From: an uncultured Candidatus Rokubacteria bacterium
GTDB lineage: Bacteria; Methylomirabilota; Methylomirabilia; Rokubacteriales; CSP1-6
Length of the DNA stretch: 64,000 bases
Assembly: GCA_963840495.1 (NCBI GenBank)
Contig: CAWIZN010000044.1
Location: 2,055-66,054 of the forward strand
Direction of reading: 5' to 3'
Below are positions 48,267-58,449 of this stretch, in pieces; position 1 is the stretch's first letter; each line of letters opens with the position of its first letter. Under the pieces are notes generated by a model that worked only from the letters and a program-made list of their open reading frames with translations, did no database searches and was not told the DNA's origin. A program made the translations under genes and the position numbers.

Positions 48267-51200
48267 ATGGAAGGACTCAGGCAGCTCGTGGGGAAGGTAG
48301 GGCCAGCCGCGGGGGTCGTCCTGGCGCTGCTCCTGGTACTGGGGGCGTCGACGAGGGCCCTGGCGGCGACCGATCAAGGGTGCACGGATCTGCTCGGGGA
48401 TGACGCCAGCGGGACGTGCGTGCTCACGGTGTCGGTGACGATTGCCGGGACGGTGACGGTGAATGAGCCGGTGCACATGATGCCCGGCTCCAGCATCATC
48501 GTGGCGGCGGCACCGGCGGGCGGCCTCACGCTGAACATCACGGGCGATTTTGTGATGGAGAGCGGGAGCCTGATCGACGGCAACGCGCCGTGCGTGGGGA
48601 CCGCGACGATCGGGCGCAAGATCACGGTGGCTGTGACGGGGGGAACGTCGATGTGAAGACCGGCGCGACCATCCGTTCCAACTCGTGTATGGGTGGCTTC
48701 ATCGAGATCACCACGGCGGCGCCGGGGACGATCAACATCGACGGGACGGTCGAGTCGGTGGGCAGCAACACGGGCGGCTCGCCGGGGAACCAGCCGGCGG
48801 GCGGCGGGCCGATCACGATCAAGGCCGGCTGCGACCTCATGATCAGTGATACGGGGGTGGTGAGCAGCCGGGGTCGGATCCGGGCGCCGACCTGGTGCAC
48901 CTGGAGGGCTGCGTCGTGACCGTCTTTGGGTTAGTGCAGTCGACGGGGCCGGGGCACTCGATTCCGAACAACCCGCCCAATAGCTGTTCGAATGTGACGC
49001 CGCTGTCCCCGCGCCGCAACCCGGTGACGCGGCCGGGCAAGCCGCTGAACTCGACGGGGTGCGTGGAGATCTGGTCGGGGACCACGGTGTTGATTGACAG
49101 CACGGGCACACACAAGGGCGAGGTCAACGCCGACATTGGCTTCCAGGGTGGGGCCGACGGGGCGGGGGTGGATCGATATCCTCGCCAACGGGAACATCGA
49201 GATCCGGGACGGGCCGGGAACGACCGCAACAAGGTGTGCGGTGGCGCTCTGGTGCCGACCACCTTTGCGGTGCACGCCAATGGCGGGCTGTGCCAGAACG
49301 AGGACGACGGGGGGTTGATTCTGATCCAGACGTATCGTGGGGGATGTCATCGCCAGCGGTGACGCCATCCAGGCCGACGCGATCACGCAGGGGCTCAGCA
49401 GCGGCGGAGAGATTCGCGTCGAAGCGCAGAGCGACATCAACTTCAGCCCGCTCAACCTCCCGGGCGCCAACATTTTCGCCCGCGGCGATTTCACTCGCAG
49501 CGAGGCTTCGGGTCCGGGGGCCAGATCGGGCCGACGATCTCGTCGGAGCCGCCGCCGCTCGCCAGTCTGGCGCCGATCCGGGCGTTCAACGGCGCGCTGA
49601 CCTGGACGGCGGGGATCGGCGACGCGAGGCCGGTGGGGCGACCGTCCCGCTCGCCCAGTGGGGGGAGATCAACCTGCAGGCGTGCACTGCGTGTGAGCAC
49701 GGTGGGCGCCGCGTTCCCGACGAACGGGGCCCACCGTCGCTGGCCGTATCCGAACGTTCTCGCGCTGCGGACGTGCGTCGGCGCCCCGACAAAGCCGGCC
49801 TATGCTGTGACGGGCTTCCCGTCGGGGACGTGCATCACGCTGTGCGTGGCCGCCACCGCCGGGCAACAAGAGTGGCGTGAAGTTCAACGACCTGAACCAG
49901 AACGGGACGAAGGACGCGGGGCGAGCCCGGGCTGGCCGGCTGGGAGATCCACGTATTCAACAATGGCGAGTCCCTCGCCGTGCCACGCGCACACGGTAAC
50001 GAACGCGGCCGGCGGGTATCTACTTTCACCCTGGCGCCGGGGACCTACACGGTGTGCGAGACGCAGACAGGCGGGGTGGACACAGACGGCCCCGTGCGTC
50101 GACGGCGGACCCCAGCGACCGTGCCGGCCGCCGATTCCGCCGGGGAGACGCATGGCCAACTGCACGGGGCACACTAGGGGCTGGCGGCGCCGTCATCACG
50201 CCGGGGCCCCGCGGCTATACCTTCACCATCGTCGGCACCGAGGCTGCTGATGAACAACGACTTCGGCAACTTCGCACTGCCAGGCTGTGCCCGAAGTTCC
50301 CCGGCCTGGTCCCGACCACGACGGTGACGCTCGATCCGTCGAAGCGCGAACCAGATCCAGACGGTGATCGACAATGCCGTCGACCAATGACGTCATTCTG
50401 CTCATGCCGCTCAACGGCACGAAGAGCGAGAACATCGTCGATCAACAAGAAGATCCAGCTCATCGGGTGCAGCGTCACGCTGACCGCAGCCGATGCCGGC
50501 TCTCCCGTCGTCACGATCACCTCGGGCGCGAACGGGGGGCTGACCAAGGACGTGCACGCGACCGGCAGCGCGGTGGCTGGCTACAAGATCGAGGGCTCCA
50601 GCCACACGATCCAGAACGTTCGCTCCTTCGGCAACGCGATCGGCTTCTGGATCACGGGAAACTCCAACTCGCTGAAGGGCACGCTCGGCACGACCAACAA
50701 CGGCACCGGCTTCAAGATCGATGGCAACGGCAATATGCTCGACACGAACAACGGCGTCAGCGAACAACACCGGCGACGGCGTCGTGATCAGCGGGCGGCA
50801 GCCTGAACATGGTGAAGAAGTTCACGGTCAAGGGCAACGGCGGCAACGGCATCAAGGTCGAGGCCGGGGCGGCCAACACCACGCTGTCCGAGAACAAGGC
50901 CTACTCGAATGGCCTGAACGGCTACCTGATCCTCGGGACGAACACGCCGATGTCGAAGAACATCGCCGGTGATATCGGGACCGGGAACGCGGGGGACGGC
51001 ATCCGGGTCGTTGGAAACGGCGGCGCGATCTCGGAAAATACAGCCAAGTCGAACAGCCTCGTCGGCATCCGGGTGACGGGGACCACGCACACGCTGACGA
51101 AGAACAAGAGCGGTGGCACGGCGAACCAGAACAACAGCTCCTGCCAGTACGTCGTGGGCGCGTCGAACAGCAACGGCGGCTCGAACACGTCGAGCAACAG

Positions 51201-51274
51201 CGCGACCTTCACATTCACCGCTGCCGGCGCGCAACTCGCCGGCGGGCTGCGTGCCGGCCCCGCCGACACCGTAG
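48267..51274 (+). CDS. Large secreted beta-helix protein, copy 2 (5' ~2 kb near-identical to copy 1, 3' ~1 kb divergent); multiple frame breaks as given
   Basis: ATG 48267 inside ORF 48225..48656 (MEGLRQLVGKVGPAAGVVLALLLVLGASTRALA). The pieces are ORFs 48590.., 48895.., 49633.., 50054..50806 and 50809..51489. The PbH1-like repeats include GNSNSLKGTLGTTNNGTGFKIDGNGNML and NGGNGIKVEAGAANTTLSENKAYSNG. The likely true stop is TAG 51272-51274 (..AGCVPAPPTP), just before the terminator; ORF 50809..51489 otherwise reads through the hairpin. Confidence 0.6.
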
Positions 51275-51301
51275 GCGCGGATGGTGGCGTAGGCGCAGGG
51301 T

Positions 51302-51335
51302 CAAAGGGGCGGCGGGGAGATCCGCCGCCCCTTTG
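51302..51335. terminator. Bidirectional intrinsic-terminator-like hairpin between convergent genes
   Basis: Perfect 14-bp stem CAAAGGGGCGGCGG / CCGCCGCCCCTTTG with loop GGAGAT, followed by TTG on the plus strand. Confidence 0.7.
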
Positions 51336-51422
51336 TTGGGGTCCGCAGACGTGGCGGGACTTCCGCCACTCGCCCGGTGCGCGTGTCGCCGCCGACAAAC
51401 GCGCGGCCCTGACAGTCGCCGC

Positions 51423-53715
51423 TTACTGCGCCGTCGACGGTGAAGTTATCGGTCCGGTGAGAGGCGGCGGTCGAGCCGGCGACCTTTGACTTGATCGGTA
51501 GCCGACACTGCCAGGTCGTGAAGCTCGGATTGCTCGACCGAGGCCTACGTCATGCCGTCGATGCGGACGTCAGAGGCTGCCGCTCGCCTGGCAGGAGAGC
51601 GTGGAGAAGGCGTTCACGGCGGGATTCGGGATCCCGGCGGACTTGAGAAGGTCTCCACGCCGTTCTGGACCTTGGCGATCCGAAGGGCGCTCGACCCGCC
51701 GGTCTGCCGGTAGCACACGTAGTAGTTCTGGGGGTTCTGGTAGCGCAGCACCACGCCGAAGCGCGGCGAGGTATTGTTATTGGTCGAGGCGAAGCTGGCC
51801 GCCACCATCTGCGTCGCGCCCGCCAGGCCGGGCTGGACGGCCAGGCTGAACGGCTGGTCGGCTGTGTTGCGGGCCTCCCCGGACTGGATCATGCAGGCTT
51901 CCTGTCACCACCGACCAGCCATTGCCCAGCACGGCGCGAATCGGGCCGATCGAAGTTGTCCGTGAACGTCCCCGGTGTTCCGCGTCCGGCGCCAGCCGAG
52001 GCGACGTTGTAGAGCATGGGGGCCGAGTCGGAGAGCGTCGAGTCCGTGGTGCTGGTCGCGGCGCCGACGATGGTGTAGGACCCGGCCGGCACGGTCGGGG
52101 GACGTGATCTGCAGGGTCGTGGAGGCCGTCGCGCCGGGGATCATGGTGACGCTGGAGGCGCCGAAGCTCTTCTGCCAGCCGTGGGGGAGCCGTCGCTTGG
52201 AGCGCGAAGGTGGAGGCGGAGCATCCGGCGCTGTCGGTATTGGTGACGGAGACGTTGTACGTCACGGCGGTTCCGGACTGGACGTCGGGGCTCTGGCCTG
52301 GCGAGGCGGTGACGGTCGGCGCCGACCGGGTGCACGAGCGGCGCCCCATGTCGACCATGATCGTGGCGCTGGTGCTGCTCACCGACAGCGTCGTGATCGT
52401 GACGCCCGAGACCGGGTCCGTGAAGCTCTTGCCCACGTCCAGGAACGCGTCATCCGAGAGGGGAGACGTCGCCGGGGTCATGTCGAGAAGGTAGCTGCTG
52501 TCGGTCGGTGTCGGTGGCCAAGTGGAGAAGACGCCGGTCCGGAACAGATAGGTGTCCCAGCCCACATTGCGCCGGAACTCGACGAAGAACGACTGGCCGG
52601 TCGTGCCGCGAGGGATTGCAGGGCTTTGGGGCCCGCGCCGGGAAATTCGTAGGCGTCGATGGTGTAGGTCGCCGCTGGTCAGCACCGTCGTGATGGGCGG
52701 GGACACGTTGTAGTCGAGCCAGCCCGAGACGCTGCTTCTGGAAGGCGTTGTAGTGGCCGGTGCCGCCGCCCATGGTGTCGGTGGTATCGCCGTACTCGAC
52801 GATGGAGCAGGGCGGGGTCACGACGCTGGGGTGACAGTTGAGCGCGTGCGAATGATAGAGCCCGAAGGTGTGGCCGAACTCATGGGCGAAGGTGCCCGTG
52901 TCGTACTGGCCGTTGATCCACACGCTCGACGGGTTGCCGCCGACCGTCGCCAGGCCCGCGAACTGGCAGGCGGCAGTTGAACGGGAAGACGATAGACGTG
53001 GCGCACGTACGTCGAGAGGTTGACGCCGGCGGCGGTCGCGGCTTGTCGCGCGTAGGTCTTGATAGTGGCGTAGTCGCAGCAGGCGTTGGTGATCGGCATC
53101 GTGTACCAGCCGACGACGTCGATGGCGAGCGACGTCTGCTGGTACGAGACTTCTCGGAAGAAGTCGTCGAGTCACCGCCATACGCCCGTTTCGCCTGGGC
53201 GACAGTGTAGGGCTGGGACGGATCGTTCGAGAAGTTCACGAGGATCACCAGGGTCTTCTGCGAGCCAAACGTGTTCGGCGGTGGCGGCGGCCAAGACCTC
53301 GAGACGCCGGTGGAGCTGGACTCGGTGCCGCTCGCCTGCTTCAAGAGCATGGCGGTCTGCGGACCGGCGGCCTCTGGTGCGGACGAGGTCCCCGGTCAGC
53401 AGGTCCTGGCCAACGTCATGCCGTCCAGCGACAGCCGCGTTCCGTCGCGGGTCAACAGGATATGGTGATATCGGCTGCTGCCGTCGATCCCGGTCCTCGT
53501 GCATGATTTCCAGCGTCCCTCCACGTCGACCTCGACTCACCGGCGGGCTTGGCACTCGGCGCGGTGGTCGTGGGGGTGGTCGAGCGCAGTGCTTCATGGG
53601 CAAAGACCGCGCGGCTCGGCAGGAGGACAGGCGCAAACAGGGTCAGGGCGGCGACGGCGCCAATCTGCAAGCCGGCGCAAAGCCGGCGAGTGCTACTCCA
53701 TGGGCGTGGGAACAT
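51423..53715 (-). CDS. Secreted zinc metallopeptidase (HEXXH; gametolysin/M11-like by eye) with C-terminal LamG/jelly-roll-like module; at least five frame breaks as given, 3' end approximate
   Basis: The signal peptide is in ORF 53452..53715 (MFPRPWSSTRRLCAGLQIGAVAALTLFAPVLLPSRAVFA). KTLVILVNFSNDPSQPYT is in ORF 52880... The catalytic motif GTFAHEFGHTFGLYHSH is in ORF 52450..53181. The middle part is in ORF 51777..52706, and the C-module is in ORFs 51889..52092 and 51614..51892. Confidence 0.6.
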
Positions 53716-54223
53716 GGGAACTCTCCTTGAACTGAATTATGGAAAGATCCCGTCCCCTGAACCGTTTCCTTCGGTAACCCGGCCATCCCGGCTTGTGCCG
53801 GGATCCGTGGCTTTGCGTCCCCCGATTACTCGGGGTTTGCCTTTATCGGGAAGAGATCCACTGAGCCGACGGGTAGCAACTCTATGCCGGCGAAACGCCG
53901 CGGGCATGCCGCTCCGCAAGTCCACGATGTGCCACGCGATCATCGTTCACTGATGGGTGCGACGTTCCTCGCCGCGCGTGCTGACAGCGGTCCTGATCCC
54001 AGTTTTCGTCACTCCGCGGCGACTTCTCAGGGCACCGTCGGGAGTGCGCGCCCAGTGCGCCGATGTTCGCGCGCACGCCGACGCTGGAGGTGAGGCGGAC
54101 TCTTTCATCCTTCACACATGAAGCCGGCCAGGCTAGCTCGTTTCTGTGTCGCAATCAGGAGGAGCCCGCGGGTCGCGTAGTAGTCTTCGAGCCGGCCGCG
54201 GTGGCGGCGATCTTCCAGGCCAC

Positions 54224-55138
54224 TCAGGGCCTGCCCCGCAAAATTGTCGATGGACTCCGAAAAACGCGGGAATCTGATCTGCGTCGGAGACATGGCCGGC
54301 GACTTGCGCGGTCTAGAGCCGGCTGGCCACCCCGAAGCGGCGAGGCCTCGTCGCGTGTTGGTGCCAGCCCCCCGCGAGGGACTGGCGTGCTGTTCTTTTC
54401 CGCGTCGGGGCGGCCCGCCACCTTCAGGTGGGCTACTTCCGGAGCCCACCGATGTTGCGAAAGTGGCAGTACGGGCTTCCCCTGCGCGCGCGCGAAGGAG
54501 TGAAAGGCAGAGTTCCAGAAGATGTCGTCAGCCAACAGGATTCCACTCGACCGCAGATGCGGCCATACCGTCTTGAACTCCCATTCCATGTGTTCGAACG
54601 TGTGCAAGCTGTCATGCAGGAAGATATCCACTTCCCCGATCCGCTGCAGCAGGCGGGGAAGTTCGACACGCGCGTCACCGAATGTCAGGTCATAGCGATC
54701 CCGGAGGTATCCCGGAACGAGCCAGCCCGGGTCGCAGTCCTTGGGAAGCGTCCCTTCCACCATGCGATCCGTCGACCCCTCGATCGAGTTCCGGGCCGGA
54801 AGATCGATCGAGTACAGCCGACCTCGACCATTGTCGGCGAACGCCTTGAGGATCATTGCGCTCGAGATCCCGTCGAAGACCCCGGTCTCGACGACCACCT
54901 CCGGCCGCTGAAAGCGGACAATCAAGTAGAGTAGTTCGCCCCAGCGGATCTGCCAGACTCGGCGGTCACGTTTCTCGACCATCTGCTCGTTCAGCTCGTG
55001 GAAGAATCGATGGTCGGTGATGAAGTCGTGGTGGAACTGACGATGGCGCGCCCTCACGTCTGGGGTAGCACCGAACAGGAACTCGAGATACTCTGCGGGG
55101 GGCGATGCGGGCGGCTTTTGCAGCTTCGTGAGCAGCAT
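54224..55138 (-). CDS. Class I SAM-dependent methyltransferase-like protein (Methyltransf_24/O-methyltransferase-like); last ~80 codons doubtful
   Basis: ATG 55138 inside ORF 54224..55576. MLLTKLQKPPASPPAEYLEFL..VVETGVFDGISSAMILKAF..IFLHDSLHTFEHMEWEF..GILLADDIFWNSAF. The ORF part upstream of 55138 and the Arg/Pro-rich tail look non-coding. Confidence 0.5.
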   Translation of the reverse strand: MLLTKLQKPPASPPAEYLEFLFGATPDVRARHRQFHHDFITDHRFFHELNEQMVEKRDRRVWQIRWGELLYLIVRFQRPEVVVETGVFDGISSAMILKAFADNGRGRLYSIDLPARNSIEGSTDRMVEGTLPKDCDPGWLVPGYLRDRYDLTFGDARVELPRLLQRIGEVDIFLHDSLHTFEHMEWEFKTVWPHLRSSGILLADDIFWNSAFHSFARAQGKPVLPLSQHRWAPEVAHLKVAGRPDAEKNSTPVPRGGLAPTRDEASPLRGGQPALDRASRRPCLRRRSDSRVFRSPSTILRGRP

Positions 55139-55982
55139 CTGCGGTCGAGCGAGCGCACGGAAAACCAGCCGGGGCGAGACGGCAAAAGCCGACTGAGGAT
55201 GCTGAGTCCGCGGCTTCGCCGACCTGTTTCGATTAGCGGAGGATCCAGGAGAGTCGTTGGGTTGGGGCGGCAGGGTCCGCTGACCTTGCTGACGCCGTCC
55301 TTTGAGGGAGCCAGGACGAATCGTGTCATTATTTCGGCGAGTGCCACGAAGCGTGCCTGTTGCGTCCGAATTCACGATGGCTTCCCTTTCGCGAGATCGA
55401 GCTGACCCAGCGCTCGGCCTCGATCGACCTGTGTCGACGGTCCTGGCGAGCCGACCAGCGGCTGGCCGATGGCCCGTGACAGGGTTCGCGACGTCCGCAT
55501 CGCCGAGGACACGGTTGGAGTGTTTCGTTACTCCCGACTCTCTCGCACCGACGTCACTCGCGCGACGCCTGGACAATCAAGCTTGGGTTCTTTTCTCGTG
55601 CCTTCCGTGAGCCTAAGTATCCTAGAGCAAGAACCAAGCCAGGCAGCCTGGAGTTGAGTCCCGGACAAGGCGGCAGGCCCTCCGTCGACGCCGGGGCGCC
55701 ATCGAACCCTCACAAGACGTCCGGCACCGAGCGCCTGGAGGATCGTGCACGGGCGCAGGCTCGCCGTCAAGAATCTGCGACGAGGCCAGGCCGGGGCCGG
55801 AGTGTGGTAGCCCGCGGGCATCGCGAGCAGACCACGAGTGCTCCTGGCGGGCCGGCATTTGTCTAAATTGTGGATCTTTGTTCTCAAAGGTCCCTGACAC
55901 GATTCACTGGCGTCCTGACCGTGGCCAGCGAGCCGCGAAATCCCGCGCGGAGATTGTGGGGATATGTGGCGCCCTGGTCGGC

Positions 55983-57094
55983 ATGCATGTTGCAGCGCTC
56001 ACGCAGCTACCCCACGGGGAGAACGCTGGAACATTGGGAGCCCGACGAAATTTGGCCAAGCCATTTCGCCTTGCGATAGTGGGAACGGGAAAGATCGCGG
56101 CGAGCGCGCATTTGCCGGCCGCGCTCGCGGCGCCGGGCATCGACGTCGTGGCGCTGGTGGACCCGGTGCTCGGCCGCGCCCGCGCGCTGGCGCAGCACTA
56201 CGGGATCGCGCCGCGCCTGGCCGCCAGCGTCAGCGAGGTGGTCGGCGACATCGACGGAGCGGTGATCGCCACGCCGAACAACAGCCACTGTCAGATCGCG
56301 GTCGAATGCTGCCGCGCCGGCGTGTCGACCCTGATCGAGAAGCCCCTGGCGGTCTCCGTGCGGGAAGGGGAAGCGATCGCCCGGGCCGCCAAGGAGGCGG
56401 GCGTGGTGGTCGCGGTCGGCTACGTCACGCGATTCTACGACGGGGTGGGCCTCCTGGCCGATCTCATCGCGACCGGGTACTTCGGCCGGGTCCACCGGTT
56501 CGCGTATCAGTCGGGCAGCGCGGGCCGATGGGCGCCGCTGTCGGGCTACACGCTCGACCGGGCCGCCACCGGGGGGGGCGTGCTCGTGGTGACGGGGACG
56601 CACTTTCTCGACCGGATGCTGTATTGGTTCGGCTATCCCGACGGGGTCGAGTACCAGGATGATTCGCTCGGGGGCCCGGAGGCCAACGTCCTGGCGCGCT
56701 TCCGGTATGCGGCGGCGGGGGGGAGGGCTTCGAGGGGCGCGTGCGGTTCTCCAAGACCGTGCCCTTGCGCAACGGGTTCGTGATGGAGACGGACGCCGGG
56801 ATGGTCGTGCTGCGGGAGGAGGCGCAGGCCCCGGTGCTGCTGCGTCCGCAGCGCCGACCGAATCTCGAGGTGATCGTGCAGCGGCCGGGGCCCGCCGGGC
56901 CCGGGGGCGGCAAGCGGCACTTTCAGCTCCAGCTGGAGGATTTCGTGGAGGCCTGCGACACGGGGCGGCTTCCGATGGCGCCGGTGGAGCACGGCCTGGA
57001 CTCCCTGAGACTCATCGAGACTCTCTACGCGTCCCGTTCGCCGATGGTCACCGACTGGTATCCGTCGCTGGGCACAGCTCGGCCGGCGCCATGA
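55983..57094 (+). CDS. Gfo/Idh/MocA-family oxidoreductase, one frameshift near 56735
   Basis: FRLAIVGTGKIAASAHLPA, TPNNSHCQIAVECCRAGVSTLIEKPLA (ORF 55878..56783), then RFSKTVPLRNGFVMETDAG.. (ORF 56741..57094). The start is uncertain. Confidence 0.7.
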
Positions 57095-58293
57095 CTAGAA
57101 TCGCCGTCTTCGGAGCCTCCGGCTTTGTCGGCGCCACGGTCGTGGAGCGCCTTCTCGCCCGCGGGCACTCCGTGCGACCCCTGATCCACAGCACCGCCAG
57201 CGCGTGGCGGCTCGGGCGATACGGCATCGATCTCCGCCCAGTGGAGCTGCTCAACGCCGGAGAGGTTCGGACCGCCCTCGAGGGCTGCACGCACGTGGTG
57301 AACTGCTCGCGCGGCCCGCGTGCCGTCATGTTCCAGGGTCTCCGCAACCTGCTCGAGGCCAGCCGCGAGCTCGGCATCAGGCGCTTCGTCCACCTGAGCA
57401 GCGTGGCCGTGTATGGGGATCAGCCTCCCCCAGAGAGCAGCCATGAAGACGCCCCTACGAAGCCTGTACCGGACAGCTACGGCTGGACCAAGCTCGAGCA
57501 GGACGGCATGGTCCAAGCCGCGTGCCGCCGCGGCTTGCCCAGCGTGATTCTCTGCCCGCCGTACATTGCCGGCGCGTATTCGAACTTCGTGCTGCGTGTG
57601 CTCGATGGCATCCAGGCGGGCAGCTTCGCGCTGGTGGACGCGGGGACCCTGCCGAGCAACCTCATCGACGTGCAGAATCTCGCCCAGGCCGCCGAGCTGG
57701 CCTTGTTCTGCGAGGAGGCCGATGGCGCGCGCATTTTCGTCACCAACGACGAGGACACCCGCTGGCGCGACGTGGCCGAGGCGCTGCTGCCCTTGGTGGG
57801 ACGTCCGGTGTCCCTCGACACGGTTCGGGCAGAGGACGCCCGCCGCCTGGTCGGCTCCGCCGCCACGCCGAAACCGTCCACGATCCGGACCTTCAAACGC
57901 CTCATCTCCTCGCGAGAGGTGCTGAACATCCTCCGCGAAGACCCGTTGCTCCAGCGCTCGTACCTCCTGGCCCAGCGGTTGGGCGGCATCGTTTCCCCCG
58001 CGCTCGTCCGCCGCCTGAAAGCCCAGGTCAGTCCGCCGCCCCGCATCGCCCGCCAGAGCCCGTCGCCTCGATACGACAAGCACCTCGTCAGTCTTCAGCT
58101 ACGGGGTGTCCGGCACACGTGTGACCGCGCGCGGGCGGTGCTGAACTATACGCCTGAGCTCAGCTTCGCCGCGAGCATGCAGGCGTTTGCGACCTGGTAT
58201 CGCCGTACCCACGGCTGGGGCGAGGACTACGCTCCGCTCTTCGGCGAGCTCAACCGCGGGGTCGCCGCGAAAGCTGAGGTCGAGGCCGTCTAG
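57091..58293 (+). CDS. NAD-dependent epimerase/dehydratase-family protein with long C-terminal extension
   Basis: ATGA overlap with the upstream stop. MTRIAVFGASGFVGATVVERLLARGH with a downstream YGWTK catalytic-type motif. Lies inside track ORF 56659..58293. Confidence 0.75.
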   Translation: MTRIAVFGASGFVGATVVERLLARGHSVRPLIHSTASAWRLGRYGIDLRPVELLNAGEVRTALEGCTHVVNCSRGPRAVMFQGLRNLLEASRELGIRRFVHLSSVAVYGDQPPPESSHEDAPTKPVPDSYGWTKLEQDGMVQAACRRGLPSVILCPPYIAGAYSNFVLRVLDGIQAGSFALVDAGTLPSNLIDVQNLAQAAELALFCEEADGARIFVTNDEDTRWRDVAEALLPLVGRPVSLDTVRAEDARRLVGSAATPKPSTIRTFKRLISSREVLNILREDPLLQRSYLLAQRLGGIVSPALVRRLKAQVSPPPRIARQSPSPRYDKHLVSLQLRGVRHTCDRARAVLNYTPELSFAASMQAFATWYRRTHGWGEDYAPLFGELNRGVAAKAEVEAV

Positions 58294-58449
58294 CCTTTGG
58301 CATCATCTAGTGCGTGAAGAGTACGGTCGTGTGGGGGCGGATCGTTCAGCTCGCGAGTCGAGCGCCCCTTCGCGTTGCGTCCGAACCAGCGCCGCTGAGC
58401 GCAGAACCGTAAGACCATCCTTCCAACCAGATTCAAGGAGGCAGTCGCA

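Noticed and set aside
44950-51335. Tandem repeats as a CRISPR array, satellite or IS element
   Set aside because: The repeat unit is ~3 kb and is protein-coding with a signal peptide and RBS. There are no short direct repeats with spacers, no transposase and no TIRs.
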